DNA of 63,333 nucleotides from Aplysia californica (lineage: Eukaryota), in assembly GCF_000002075.1 (NCBI RefSeq), contig NW_004797358.1, positions 736,539 to 799,871 on the forward strand, written 5' to 3'. The notes below the pieces were generated by a model that was given only the letters and a program-made list of their open reading frames with translations, was not told the DNA's origin and ran no database searches. Positions 12,890-25,906 of the stretch are shown here, in pieces; within the stretch, counting starts at the first letter, position 1; each line of letters opens with the position of its first letter. A program made the translations under genes and the position numbers.

Positions 12890-13831
12890 GTGATAGCTAG
12901 TCTTCCAGTCTATCTATTTTGTCGGTCTGTCCACATGTTTGCTTAAACCAGTTTGTTTATGTTTTGGACATACTGTTTGTCTCCCAGCTCCCCCCCTACC
13001 CCCCTACCCCAAAACCAACAAAGCCACCAACTTACCCACTTTCACTTACAGTGTACTCTTCTTTCTTTTCTGTTTTATTTTCCTTTCATAGTCTCAGCTT
13101 TCCCTCGTAGTGTTCTTATCCTATAACCTCTTATCTAACTTCCTGCTCTTTTCTTTTTGCTTTTCCATATCTGTCAATTGAAATAAAGAATTGAGAGCAG
13201 TGCTTTTACAAAATTGGGTAAAATTGTGGCAAATGTCCTTACCGCCAAAAAATGTGCTTCTGGTGGTTTTCACCTCCGAGTCTTTGTCTTGAAATTCTAT
13301 TTGGTATGCTCTTATATTCTTGGTACTGTAAATGTCCTTTTTACCCCTACCCCTACCTCCGTAACTTTGTTTCTCACCTATTTGAAGCAAAGGCTTTGTG
13401 TTACAGAATGTCAATAGCCTTTATGCAGTACACATGCTCTCCTCCTCTCACCTCCCCCTCTCCCCCCCCCCCCCCCCCCCCCCCAAACAGATGTGATCAT
13501 TCTCAGTCTTTTGCTTAATTTTGGTTAGATTTGAATTTTTATCTCTTGAAGAGGAAAGAACTTGAATTTTTTTTAATGTGGTTCTTTACAATTCATTAAA
13601 CTTAAGGCACATGGCTATTCTCTTGTGCTATTTACTGTTAATATTTCTATGAAATGAGATCAACAGATGTGAGCAAAAAGATTTATCTATAAGATAATGC
13701 TTAGTATTTTTCTAATTTTGAAAGTGAGTAAAGTGATTTTTGCTCTGTAATTGTCTGTACCATGTCTGTGCCTTGTACCAGTGCATTGCCACTATGTATG
13801 CAACAAGAGTGACTATCTGTGATTAAATATC

Positions 13832-14090
13832 GTGCAAAAAGAGTTTGGGTGTCAAGGCTTTTGCTGTACTAGTCTCAGTGCAAAAAAGAGGTAAAGTGAC
13901 AAAATTTTTGATGTAGTTTGCACTTGTCTTGCACTTGTCCAAGTGCAAAAAGAGTTTGAGTGACAAAATTTTTGTTGTACTTGTTTCAGTGCAAAAAGAG
14001 GTTAAGTGACAACGCTTTGTTGTACTCTCTACTTGTCCTAGTGCAAAAAGAGTTTGAGTGATAAAACTTTTGTTGTACTTGACTCCACAG
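13832..14090. repeat. Degenerate ~46-bp minisatellite (gtgcaaaaagag...ttttgttgtacttg), about 5 units
   Basis: Visible repeats, ending at the exon 10 acceptor. Confidence 0.8.
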
Positions 14091-14216
14091 ACATTGATGA
14101 GTGTGCCACTAAAAGTCATCGCTGTGAGCACAAATGTGAAAACACTGAGGGCTCGCACAACTGCAAGTGCCTGCTGGGATACCGTCTTGACAAAGATCGA
14201 AGTAGCTGTTTGCTGT
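14091..14216 (+). CDS. EGF-gene exon 10: cbEGF (DIDECATKSHRCEHKC)
   Basis: cacag|AC ... T|gtgagt; 126 nt. Confidence 0.92.
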
Positions 14217-14553
14217 GTGAGTACACTGATAGGAGATGCAATGGGAGGGGGGGGGGGAAGGGAGGGGAACTGTATTTTCCATTTCTGGACTTAATCTTTT
14301 TACATTAGTAATGAAAATAGTTACCCCATCATGAACTGATTGCCTTCAACATCCACAGAGGAAGAAAGGGTATAGACCTTAAATGGAGAAAGAAATAAAG
14401 GAACAAAAAAAAGAAAGCAGCTTTTAATTTTAATCATCTGAAATGACAAAATTCACCTCAGAAAGTAGCACGTTTCCCTTTCCTGAAGTGGCGTGCTTAT
14501 CTTCCTAAACATATTGTTTCGAGGTTAAACCTTCTTATGGTTCCATACATTTA

Positions 14554-16115
14554 CAGAGATGCCAACCAGTACGATTTTACGTATTTTAGTACGATTTTTG
14601 GCCGAAAATACGCGAATACGACTTTTCAAGAAAAAATACGCATCCTGGAATGCGAAAACTACAAGATTCAGCTTGGGCGAGTAAACTTAATTATCTCAGG
14701 TCCCATCTTTTGTCAAAATAGTATCAGTATCGCAGAACTGGAATATTTGAAAACCAAGTCCGATGTGGTCAGTAAGTTCATTTTTGCCGGTCGCGATCGT
14801 GATATTATATTCGTTCATCTTTTCCCCGTCTGGAGAGTACGTTTCACTTTCACGTGACAAGGCAGCTGTGGCGGTAGGCGGAAGCGTATGCGACACCGAG
14901 GCTTGATCGGGAAAATCAAGATCTACTTTCGCTTTCGTTACCACCGAGAAGTTTGCCAGCAGTTGTCTGATAGCGCAACATTTGTGGCATGCAGGTTGTG
15001 CAGTATAAACACAATGTCGCCGTTCAAATAAAATGTAATAAATACTCTGACTCGTCGCTGTGCTGTCACTTGTGGAAAAGAAAAAGGAAAGAAAATACAA
15101 GCGTCGTCCGAATTTTAGATTGTCTGGCTCGCCATCGTGACCGGTCACTGACCCTGTGCGCATTCGCGTCATAAATAAATGCGGCATCTTAGTGAGTAAA
15201 CACTGTCTTTGGTGGGAGTAACGGCGTTGCGAAGTATAGGACTACGGAATAGGGGAGGAGATTATTGATTTTGGGGGGGGTTTAAGATACTATCGGGGGT
15301 TTAAGGCAACACCAGAGGACAAAAACTTGGAAGCACTTTTCAGAATTTTGATTAGAGCTTTCTGCAAAGCGCGCGTTGGTGCAGGCCGTGTGCGGAATCG
15401 GGACCCCTCATACTTTGCAAGTCTGTGTTATTGAAATAAAGTGTTCGCGTTTCATTGGATGGGTGATAGTAAATTATACCTACTTGGATTGGTGATAGTA
15501 AATTATACCTACAGTGTATGTTGTAGCTTTCTGTTCAAGACTGGCAGATTTTCAGTGTCACTGCATCTTGCCCTACCACAGTTGTTACAATTCTCACAGT
15601 GCATGGGTCTACTTGAGCCATTCAAGTTATTGCTTTTCTCTGAGTTTGAGCAATAATTTGAGTCTGTCAATTCATAATATGAATCATGACACCCAGACTG
15701 GTTCTTGATAGTCGAATAAGCCCTTCCGAACTCTCAAAGCAGGATTTATTTTTTATATAATAATGAGAGGAAAATATTATATAATAGACTGAAATACTTA
15801 AGTCGAACAAGACCCCAGTACAACATTGAACACTGACATGTTGTTGACTGGATACATGTATATTGTATACGTGTGTGCTCCCTTTTTCGAGCTGGCGAGC
15901 TAGTAATTTTTTTTGCTGGACACCCGAACATTTTACTATTTCTGGTTGGTCGACCATCAATGATTTATTTATAGAGGCACCAACCATCCATGTCCAGGTG
16001 CTGTTTTAGCCTACTGGTTGGTCGGTCGATCATGGGGAATACACATTTTCCCCTGAAAATACACATTTTCATATTTCCCAATACTCATTTCGGTTTTCTG
16101 TGGTTGGCATCTCTG
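14554..16115. mobile_element. Non-autonomous DNA transposon, probably hAT-related, with a 6-bp TSD
   Basis: 14-bp TIR cagagatgccaacc / ggttggcatctctg; CATTTA on both flanks (14548-14553, 16116-16121). Confidence 0.85.
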
Positions 16116-16911
16116 CATTTAGGAATACTTGTCTACTTCATTTTTGTCTATGTCACTTCAAAATAATTACAAAATCAAATTAAGATGTCAGTTTTACATA
16201 ATGAATTATTTCAAGTCATTAAAACAGCAAATAGTGTAAATGAAGTTGGTAATATTTTCTTAGATAACAGGGAAAACTGAAGTCTTAATTCAAGAAGTTG
16301 GTGTTAGAAGTTGAACTACTTCATCTTGGAAAAGAATACTATTAAATAATAAAATGCTTGCATATTTAACTCTATATCTCTCGCAAGCCATTCCTGGTGG
16401 CTCGTGCTGGTTTATCGCTGGCAGCAGCTCGGTCACATCCATTTACAACCTCAGCATTATGTTAGTTTTTGTTAATTGCTGAAAACAGGTCTCTTTTACT
16501 GGGAATTCTTTCGTCGGATGAAGAACATATCAATATAGGTTCAATTGTTTTGATTAAATGATCACGTTAGTGATGTATAGTCACTTTAAGGTTTTGTACC
16601 TAAGGAGGGCCCAGGCATAATGGGAAAACCCCCTCCTGAGATTTAAGCAACAATTACAACTTTATAGCAGCATTTGTATTTGTTTTGCAGCAAAATTACA
16701 ACTATATTACAACTGTTTAACTATATTGCAACCATATTTTCTCAATTGAGACAAAACTTGTTTCATCAAAATTAGGAATGTTGTATTAAATTTATGTTGG
16801 TAAGCATACCTTATTTTGTCTCAAAAGTAAAGGGATATGCGCTATGCAAATGCTATATTATTATTATTATTATTATTATTAGTGTATTTGTTTTTGTCCT
16901 TTTTTCACTAG

Positions 16912-17040
16912 CGGAGAATCTGTGTGAAGGAGTTACTGACCTCAACTGTACTCAACTTTGCACTGTGGACAGAAAGAGCAACCAAGCCTACTGTTTGTGT
17001 AATACTGGCTTTGACCTAGTTGGGAATGAAACTTGTGTTG
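16912..17040 (+). CDS. EGF-gene exon 11: non-calcium EGF (CEGVTDLNCTQLC...YCLCNTGF)
   Basis: actag|CG ... G|gtgagg; 129 nt. Confidence 0.9.
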
Positions 17041-18596
17041 GTGAGGCTTTTCTTATACAGAAATTTTATGTGTGCATCATCTATCTGCTAGTGAGGCTTG
17101 TCTTAGATAGACTTCTTATATGGGCATTATCTGTCATCCATATTTTTTTCTCCCACCAGTTTGTAACAACAATGGAGTCTGGGTTCTATAGTGGGTAGTT
17201 GGTGGATGATCTGGTGTGGTTTGCTCCTTCTTTCCTTTCCGACATTTGCCATTCTTATCTCTCTGTCGTCTTTCCCTTGTATTCTGCTCTCAAATCTTCA
17301 GCACTTATATGACCTATTTGTATTGCAAATGCGGTAAATCTTTTGCTGAAACTAAAACTGTGTACTTCTAGTCACTCAGCTCCACCTGCTTGCTGAATGT
17401 GCTTTAGCGTGGAGAGCGTCTTATATAAACTTTTGATTATAACAATTGTAAATGTTGAGGCAACCTTAAAACCCTCTCCGTCAGGGAAAACATTGACTGA
17501 GCAGGATCAATATCCCAAAAGACAGACAGAGATAATTCATAAAACAATTTCATTTCTTTGAACTCATCTGCATTTGTTTTTGTTTGTGTCCATAAAGAGA
17601 AGCACATAGCACAATAATGGTAATTTAGTGCAGGAAAACAGTAAGACAGAACAACCGAGTGAAAGTAAAGAAGAAGGACCTACCAGTGGCGCCCTCCAGC
17701 CACCCATTCATCATCTACATGCAAAAGCAAAACACCTATTCTTTACACCATAGATCCTGGTTTCAAACTCCTGATCCTCGAAGCTATTCTCATTGATATG
17801 TTCATACACAATTTTAAAGAGTGTTGTCACATCTTAGCTTTCTGTGAAATTCTGATATTTAATCAAGTATTGAAACTATTACTCTCTCCTGTCGTCTGTC
17901 TATTCTCACTTTTGTCCTGTGAATGCTTCAGTCCTTAATGTTATGCAGATGTACACATGCTCTCTCAGAGAACCAATCCCTCAGGCATATTAGATTATTA
18001 ACATAAAGTACCACGCAGAGGTTGAAGGTTAAAATCTGAATGGGACTCAAATTGTTTTTCTCTTCTTTCTTCCTGGAATGTTTTGTTACCTCTCAGCATG
18101 ATGTGGTGGTATGGTAACTGACAGCTCCGAGTAACATTGTCACAGCTGCCAACCAGCATGTCAACAATATATTTGATGCGTTTCTGAGGGTCTGAGTGTG
18201 GAAGTCTGCTTTTGTGCTGAAAAATACTTTTTTTTTTAAATTCTCTTTGTAGTTCTGCTCGTCACGGACATGCCAATAAAAAAAAAACTTATGAACTTTC
18301 AAGACTGTGTTTGCAAATAATAATGCGAGTTAAGCTAGACCAGTCATAGTTGCTTCCCTTACCAGACTTAACTTTTGAGCTTGAAATTATTGAATACATA
18401 AAAATATGGGTGAGGGGTTTAGACGGGGAGTTACTTGGCCAATGCCCTCTTGACCCACCATGTGGTTAGATTTTGTATATTTTTAGTTTTGAAAATTTGG
18501 CAGCTGTGCATTGTGTCCAGCAGGGTGTTGGAACAACAACACTCAAAGAGGAATGCACATGCATAAAGACATTCTTCCTCTGTTCTTTCCCCCCAG

Positions 18597-18734
18597 ATAT
18601 CAATGAATGTGATGCAAAGTTCCCACATCTCAACCTGTGTGAGTACAAGGCAGGATGTGTCAACACTGAGGGAGGTTTCAATTGTTCCTGTCCTACTGGC
18701 AGCTTCTTAGACAATGATGGCAGGTCTTGTGTGG
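18597..18734 (+). CDS. EGF-gene exon 12: cbEGF (DINECDAKFPHLNLC)
   Basis: cccag|AT ... G|gtcagt; 138 nt. Confidence 0.9.
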
Positions 18735-19569
18735 GTCAGTATCTTCAGACTTATAGGCTGCGATAAAGTCTCAGTTCCTTTTGTTCTGGATAAGATTCAT
18801 CTGTAACAGTTGAAAGCTTAATTACTTTGAGTATTTAATGTTATGGTGATAATGTTTCTAAACAACAGCTATATCATTTGGACAGAGCAGTTTGGGAAAG
18901 GGCAAAAATTATTAATAGTCCACTCCTCTCTTTCACTGAGCTTTAATATATCATTATTGTGAAAACAGCAAAGAAGTCACTGCTGCGACCAAACAGTGAT
19001 TAAATTCAGAATATCAAACTACTGTTAGAAGTAAATATTTTATTTTTTGAAAAAAACAAGAACCAACAGGTATGAAAATTAATTTATACCAGTATCAATA
19101 TGAGTTATTCGGTCATTTTCAGTGTGTGTGAATAACATAATTTTGTTTGTCCATCCAATGACTATTTACATGTGTGCATCTGTGTGTGTAAGCATGATTG
19201 TGCTAGTAAGTGTGTTGATGTGTATGTATTTACCATACTGAAAATTTCTCTTTGTGGAGGTCAATAAAATGAAATCTTATCTATTTTAATCCTTTGAGCC
19301 CTTGTTTCCTTGAACCTCCAGGGCTCATGCCCACTTTACACCACCACACATTTTGAGATGCATTTGGTGCGAGGAAGGGTAATCCTAGAGAATCGTCGTA
19401 ACATTTTCTCTATATTAGATTTTCTCAGTTTTCTTTCAATTTTTCTGTGAATATCATGGGTACAACGTAATATTATGCCTTCATCAAACAACTGAAGCAG
19501 ATTTTATTGGATGAAGATATGGCTTTTAAAAAAACAACAAACCTGTAATCACCCCATTTGTGGTTTCAG

Positions 19570-19680
19570 TCTGTTCTGGAGGTCGATGGGGAGAGAACTG
19601 TTCCAAGAACTGTGGCTGCGGTGACGGTGCCTCTTCTTGTGATCCTGTACAAGGATGTGTATGCAAAGATGGTTTCAAAG
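19570..19680 (+). CDS. EGF-gene exon 13: MEGF-type EGF ([16 protein letters not shown]...CDPVQGCVC)
   Basis: ttcag|TC ... G|gtaatg; 111 nt. Confidence 0.9.
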
Positions 19681-20085
19681 GTAATGAGATTTTCCATGTG
19701 CTCCTAATTTTTTTTCCCATTCTGTCTCTGAGCTGTAGATGAAAATTTGCATTTTTAAGTGTATATTGAAAATAGTTTGTTGTAACTCACTGCATCTTTT
19801 CTAGAAGCCCTTTTAAAAAATTGGGCTGGCAATTGTAATGAATTTTGCAACTAGATTTTAGTTGTAAATGATTTATGAGTAAAAATGTTGTTCTTTTATG
19901 TATTGTGAGAATATTTAGCAAAAATAGTTTCACTGGAAATGTAGATCAATCCTTTTTTTTTTGGGCTTATAATGAGCAATATGTCCACCTGTCTTCTAAG
20001 ACCACCACTTTTTTTCTCTATGATGGTTGGCCATTTTGAACAATTTTGACTGCTCGTTCTTGAGTACTGAACTTCTCCTCCCTAG

Positions 20086-20226
20086 GAACCCAATGTAGGG
20101 AGGACATTGATGAGTGTGCCACAGGTTTGCGCACTTGTCCAGACAAAGAGAAATGTGTGAACACTGTGGGCAGTTCTAGATGTGACTGTGAGGACGGACT
20201 GCGACGAAATGCTGGACAGTGTGAAG
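20086..20226 (+). CDS. EGF-gene exon 14: cbEGF (TQCREDIDECATGLRTC)
   Basis: cctag|GA ... G|gtgaat; 141 nt. Confidence 0.9.
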
Positions 20227-20522
20227 GTGAATTGGAGAGAGCTTGTAATAGTCCTGCACATTATTTGTCCTCCTTTCTGACAGATTGAGACTTGAGATGC
20301 TGAGGAAATCATTCCCATTTACTTTACTGGAAGGTATAAGAATGTATTCATCCTTCAGATTTGCAGAGAGGGAGGATTTTTTGTAGTGATGCAAAAACAA
20401 AGAGAAGTAACAATTATAAGGATTTTTTGTTGTTTACACGCTCATTTTACTCCCATATAAATGTGTTCATGTGAGACAAGTTTGAACATTGACATAGAAA
20501 CATGAGGTATTGTGGTAATAAA

Positions 20523-20838
20523 TCCCTTGAGCCCTGATGTCCTGAGGCTACCATGCCCCTCTGCCTGAGCTCCTGAGTGATTCATACCTTCATTGATATC
20601 ATTGTTAGAACCACATTCCATATCCCATTCAGGGTAGTCCTTGTCATTACGAGCATTTAATTCAGAAAGATTTTCAAAACAATCAATAACGTCCTGTGTA
20701 GTAAACATTTTTTTCCATGCATGTATTGTCCCAGGCGGGCCGGTTTGGGGATAGGGTTTCGCTCACCGGTCTACCAGTGGCAAGGCGTATGGGCAATTTT
20801 ACGCTCCACTGGTATACCAGTGGCAAGGGCTCAAAGGG
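20523..20838 (-). mobile_element. piggyBac-like element end with a possible transposase N-terminal remnant
   Basis: Terminus ...caagggctcaaaggg|TTAA; subterminal direct repeat taccagtggcaagg twice; acidic ORF remnant MFTTQDVIDCFENLSEL... (20442-20708, - strand). Confidence 0.65.
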
Positions 20839-21427
20839 TTAAGAAATATGACTTACTGCTATATATGACTTATTTGTACTGATATTTGCTTTTGTTAAAA
20901 ATTAGGAATATATGCACGTTCTTTAGGTTTGTTCAGAGAATGAAATTTTTTATTGTTGCAAAAGCCACTGAAATGTTGGGGTTTTTGTTAATCTGTATTT
21001 GTTTTAATATTCATAGCTTAATCTTACCAATTTGTGGGAAATATTGAGCTTTTTCTTGTCATATATATTATCTTTTAGCCTGTCAAGTTGGGACCTTCAT
21101 CTTCTGTGGGGGGGGTTTTGGGGGGGGGGGGTTTGTTGAGGGGTTGTTTTTTTGGGGGGGGGAGGGGCTGGGGGGCTAAAAAATCACTTTAAATTAACTT
21201 TACGAAATATGGAAGATACAGTGTGGGTTTATTGTCTCTTTCAACGCTGGAAGGCTGTTAAGTCATTCATGAGACAAAATGTCCATCCACCCTCTAAAAG
21301 ACCAACCCCCAGTGTAGGGATAGTCCTGAAAACTCCCCAAATTACATAAGTTCTACATTTTCCTGCTGTGGATGGGATTTGAGATGAGATACCAACTGAG
21401 CTATCGGCAATCCTGAAATGTCACATA

Positions 21428-21428
<1 letters not shown>

Positions 21429-21472
<44 letters not shown>
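21429..21472. repeat. (CA)n microsatellite
   Basis: Read directly. Confidence 0.95.
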
Positions 21473-21473
<1 letters not shown>

Positions 21474-21518
21474 TTACAACCCATTATACAATAAAATGCC
21501 TGTGTTTGTGTTTTTCAG

Positions 21519-21644
21519 ACTTTGAAGAGTGTGCTTCTAACAAGGACAACAATTGTGCCCAAAAGTGCGAGAACTTTGTTGGCGGTTACCAGTGCAGTTG
21601 TTTCTCAGGATACAGCTTCAATGCCAGCGAAAACACTTGTACAA
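21519..21644 (+). CDS. EGF-gene exon 15: cbEGF (DFEECASNKDNNC)
   Basis: ttcag|AC ... A|gtaaac; 126 nt. Confidence 0.9.
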
Positions 21645-22073
21645 GTAAACTGTTTTACTGTCTTTTGCATCTGGAAGAGCTAATGCATTTTCATCATGCC
21701 GTTTGGTAGCTAGTATTTTCATGTTTGTTGAAGCCAGTAAAGGATTAAAGTGTCTCTTGTATCTTGGCTCCAGAAAAGGGGAAGACTCTTGCTCTATAAT
21801 GGAGAGTATGGTGGCCAAATTGTTTCCCAGTTAGTACATTTCATTTTCTAGTGTATAACATGCAAGCTCATATGACCTTATGCAGTTTCAAGTGCTGTAA
21901 AACACCTACCAAAACAATAATCAGTATAATATGTAACCAGGATGTACTCTTGCATTCATGGGATTAAACTTTTATCTCAGGAAATTTCATAGGGGAGGGG
22001 GGGGGGAGAAAAGTTGAATTGACACTTTTGTCTCATGTCACCTTTATTCTGGTCCTGTTTGTTTCTCTGACAG

Positions 22074-22196
22074 ATATCAACGAGTGTGAGTTGGGCTCGT
22101 TTCGCTGTGAGGGGGACTGTCAGGACACTGAGGGAGGCTACCGCTGCACTTGTCGTGAGGGACTCAAACTCAATGCAGATGGTGTTTCCTGCAGAG
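22074..22196 (+). CDS. EGF-gene exon 16: cbEGF (INECELGSFRCEGDC)
   Basis: gacag|AT ... G|gtatga; 123 nt. Confidence 0.92.
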
Positions 22197-22557
22197 GTAT
22201 GATATGGCCATTGTAGAATTTTTTATTCTGTTCTAGATTTATCACTTAGTTTTAAGCAAAATTAAAATCATCAGAGGATTGATTGTTTTTCGACAGGTTA
22301 TTTTCCTAATAGAGTTTACAATTATCTGGAGACCACTGTTATTGGTAGACTTACCAGGGTCACCAATCTTCTTTAATTTTTCATCGGAGTGTCTGTAGGT
22401 GAGGTTATTCAACATCTTCATTTTAAGAATAGTTTGAAGCTTGCTCTTATTTATTTCTTCACAGAATGAATTGTAGGCAAGGTTCTTTTGCTGTCTGAAA
22501 TCAAGATAAATATCCTTTTAGTTCCACTTTTTGTGATTTACCTTTTCAGTCTATTAA

Positions 22558-22800
22558 CTCTTTGTCTCTGAGGGAGGTAAGTAAACCCTTTCTGCCGGGA
22601 CCCTTTTTTGGTACTAAATCTAAAAATGACGAAAGAGTTACTTATTTGGTCAATAAATCAAAACCAGTGAACCTATTTTGATAATTCTTCATCTAATGAA
22701 TGAAATTCCGATAAAAGAGACCAGTTTTTGGCAATATCCGAAAAGTAATTTGATGTCGAAGTCGTTGTAACGGAATGTGCCTGAGCCACGGTTCACCGGG
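22558..22800 (+). mobile_element. TTAA|CTCTTT-starting repeat fragment, family D copy 1
   Basis: About 200 bp similar to 25025-25240; right limit approximate. Confidence 0.65.
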
Positions 22801-23337
22801 ACAGCAGTTCCGACTGAGCGCCACTGTTTGCCATCAATACTTTATAAGTGTATTTATGAAAAGATAAGATAACAATGGTAGATAAAGAATGCAGAATAAT
22901 TTCTTGATTCAGCGTTTTGGGTTTTTTTTTAATGGGTCGTAGATTTAAATTCTGAACTTTTTCCTATGTCATTCTCCCACTGAGTTGTTGTTCCAAAATT
23001 TAATCATTTTTCAAAAAAGTAATTGAAAGTGTTTGGCAAGTTTGATTCCTCAGATTCCCTTGTTGATAATTAACTTTTTTCACTGAAAGATTGTCACCTT
23101 CAGCACTCGGTTTAGAATCTCAAGGTATGGAGAATGTGAGAGAAAATAATATAGCCAAACTTGACTGACCAGAGAAAAGCAAGCTCTATGCATTTTGCAT
23201 TCAATGTTATTACTCCAGCAGACACTGGGACACTAAGAAACATTTTCAGCTTCCCAAGAAGCATACAGTGCAAGCAGCTGATTAAGCACTCAAACACTAA
23301 CAAACTGACTGGTCAAGTGAAATCTGTGTTTCTCCAG

Positions 23338-23469
23338 CGGCCGAAGCCTGTGACCCAAGCTCAAACCCCTGTGAGGAGAAGGACAAATGTCGACTGGTGA
23401 ACTCCCAGACTGTCTGCTCATGCCCACGTGGGAAAACTCTCAACACCACTGACAACACCACTTGTATTG
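23338..23469 (+). CDS. EGF-gene exon 17: non-calcium EGF (CDPSSNPCEEKDKC...VCSCPRG)
   Basis: tccag|CG ... G|gtaggc; 132 nt. Confidence 0.88.
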
Positions 23470-24010
23470 GTAGGCTCAGGGCAAAGTTTTCATCGTAGGG
23501 AATATATAACTACTTTCTCTTAAGATAGGAGGAGAAAGATGTATAGAAAAATAGCTCAGTGTTGTTGGGGTTTTTTTTCATAATTTCACTGCGCTAGCTG
23601 AATTACATATCTCATTATTGCTGCTTTTGAGATCAATGGAAAAACTGTTTAACTATACTATTTATTATCTAATAACGGTAGGCCTAAAACTTCTAATGTT
23701 TCTTTTATAACTTCGGGCACATTTTTGTTTTCCTTTACCAAAAGATAGATATGGTATCACCAAACAAAATAAAAAGCTTGTTGCATTTGGGCACAGCTAT
23801 TTTGCTAGCACATGATGATATGCCCTTGACATCATTTTGATATTCTAGATTGAAGCAGGGCACAGTAAATGAATTATAACTTCCTGTGGAAAAAAAATGA
23901 CACACAAATGTTTAAGAATTTGCTGTTCTTCTTAACAGAAGTAAAACAAAATTTTTAATTAAAACTTTAGAAAAGCATTTTCATTTTCTTGACTTTTTTA
24001 CTTCTTACAG

Positions 24011-24133
24011 ATGTTGACTTGTGTGCCGGAGATCCCTGCTCAGATACATGTAATGAGACTGCAGATGGGAAAAATTATATTTGCTTGTGTCCACCTGGAA
24101 GCAAACTAGCTTCTGATGAAATCAGTTGTGAAG
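24011..24133 (+). CDS. EGF-gene exon 18: degenerate cbEGF (DVDLCAGDPCSDTC)
   Basis: tacag|AT ... G|gttagt; 123 nt. Confidence 0.9.
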
Positions 24134-25024
24134 GTTAGTGTTAGTATCTGTACCTATACATGTCATCTTTCTTTTCAGTTCTGACCTTGTTGGGGCAACC
24201 ACAATATCATCAGGCAGCCATTCCGAGATACTGAGTGCAAAACTGTGAAAAAATTTTTTACTGAAGTTTATTTACCTATGGTATTAGTTTCATGTGCTAA
24301 AGTAAAGTTGTGTCGAAATTTATATTCTAAATGTTTTGAAATCAAGAAAATATGCATAATGAAGGTACAATTTTTTGAGGAATGATCCTCTTACCTGATA
24401 AATTTTACTTTTTAGGCATAGAACAATCAAACATCTTGTAGGCAATATTATGCTGGTCACCACCACCTCCTCCATGTGTCTCTGCTCCAAGCTTTACTTT
24501 GCTAACATTCCCAATTTTTACAATCTATTCTCGATCATTATTTTCCCCACCTTTTTACCTTTCTTCTTCCATTTCGCTTCTTATGGGGACTGACATCACA
24601 TATATCAGTAAACTGTAGTGTGACTTGGCTTTTATTGAAAATGGAGTTCAAGTGAACTTTCCTGAAGTCAAGTATTTTTTATATGTTACAAGAAAAGAGG
24701 GCACTCAGATTTGTTCTCTCTTTCATGCATTATTGCCAGCATTTCAAGTTCCCTCTTTCATTTCTTTCCTTTTGTGTAGATTCCTCAAATTTTTTTTATG
24801 GACATGATAAGTTCATGTTTGTGTTTGGGGAGGGGAGCATCATCCAACGAGCTAGTCTCTTTGGTTGATTGTCTACCACGATTGATATGACAACTCATCA
24901 TCTCCAGGAATTGTTTTTTGTAATCAACGCATGAAAGACATGATGACCTTTAATGGAAACTTGACTCTACTGAACAAGCATTGATAAAACTATTAATTCC
25001 AATTTTATTTAATGTTACTCTTAA

Positions 25025-25240
25025 CTCTTTATAAACTCCACTACGCCATGGCCTTGTTTTGGTACTAAATCTAAAAAAATGTCACTAAATGGATCATTAA
25101 ATCAAAACAAGTCAACCTATTTTGATAGTTCTTCATCTAATGAATGAACTCCCGATAAAAGAGACTTGTTTTCGGTAATTGTTGAAAAGTAATTTGTTGT
25201 CGAAGTTGTCGCAAAGGAATGTGACCGGTTCCAATCTTGA
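25025..25240 (+). mobile_element. Family D copy 2
   Basis: Shared ggtactaaatctaaaaa...acctattttgata.ttcttcatctaatgaatgaa...gataaaagaga. Confidence 0.65.
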
Positions 25241-25826
25241 GCTGCTGGGAGCGGCTTGCTGGAGATAAAAAGTTCATGATTAATTGTTGTGTCTTTAGGT
25301 AATCTGCCTGAATGGCATGAACAGATATTTGCATGAGGTTTTTTTATACATGATGAAGATGTAATGTGCTCAAAATTTGAAAGCATCATTGTTGATTTCA
25401 TGTTTTTTTCTTGTAGAGATAAATTTGCATTAAAGTTTTATTTCTTTTGCCAGCTTTCACCTCTCTTCAATAATTAGACTTTGGGAGAAAAGAAGTAAAA
25501 GTTCTTAAAATATTAATTTTTTTAAAGGTTTATGACCTTAACCAAAGTGACAGAGTTTGGTTTTTAATTTGAAAGGGGTCCAGTTTTTTCTGGCAGTTAC
25601 TGTGATATTTTCCCTTCCCCTGATTTAATGATGGAGGGAATCAAGTTCTGCTCCTTTGAATGACCTACTTTGTATCTTGTACGTTGTTACCTCATTAAAT
25701 GTATACACTTTTTATAAGTTAGTGTGCCTTTTATACTGATTGAATTGAACTTATGCTATGTCAGAAGTATGCATCTTTTATGGCAAAGTCTGATCTGCCT
25801 GTACTTTCTTCTTTGAATCCTTACAG

Positions 25827-25906
25827 AATGTGTGAGGGGCACTTATGGTTTGAACTGTGCTGAGTCCTGTAACTGCAGCTTGCTGAATGCAGATGACTGC
25901 AATAAG
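25827..25906 (+). CDS. EGF-gene exon 19: first half of MEGF-type EGF (ECVRGTYGLNCAESCNC...CNK)
   Basis: tacag|AA ... AAG|gtttgt; phase 1 to phase 0. Confidence 0.88.

Noticed and set aside
14696-15187. 163-aa minus-strand ORF as a transposase
   Set aside because: No DDE, BED or other recognisable motif; it lies inside a non-autonomous TIR element.
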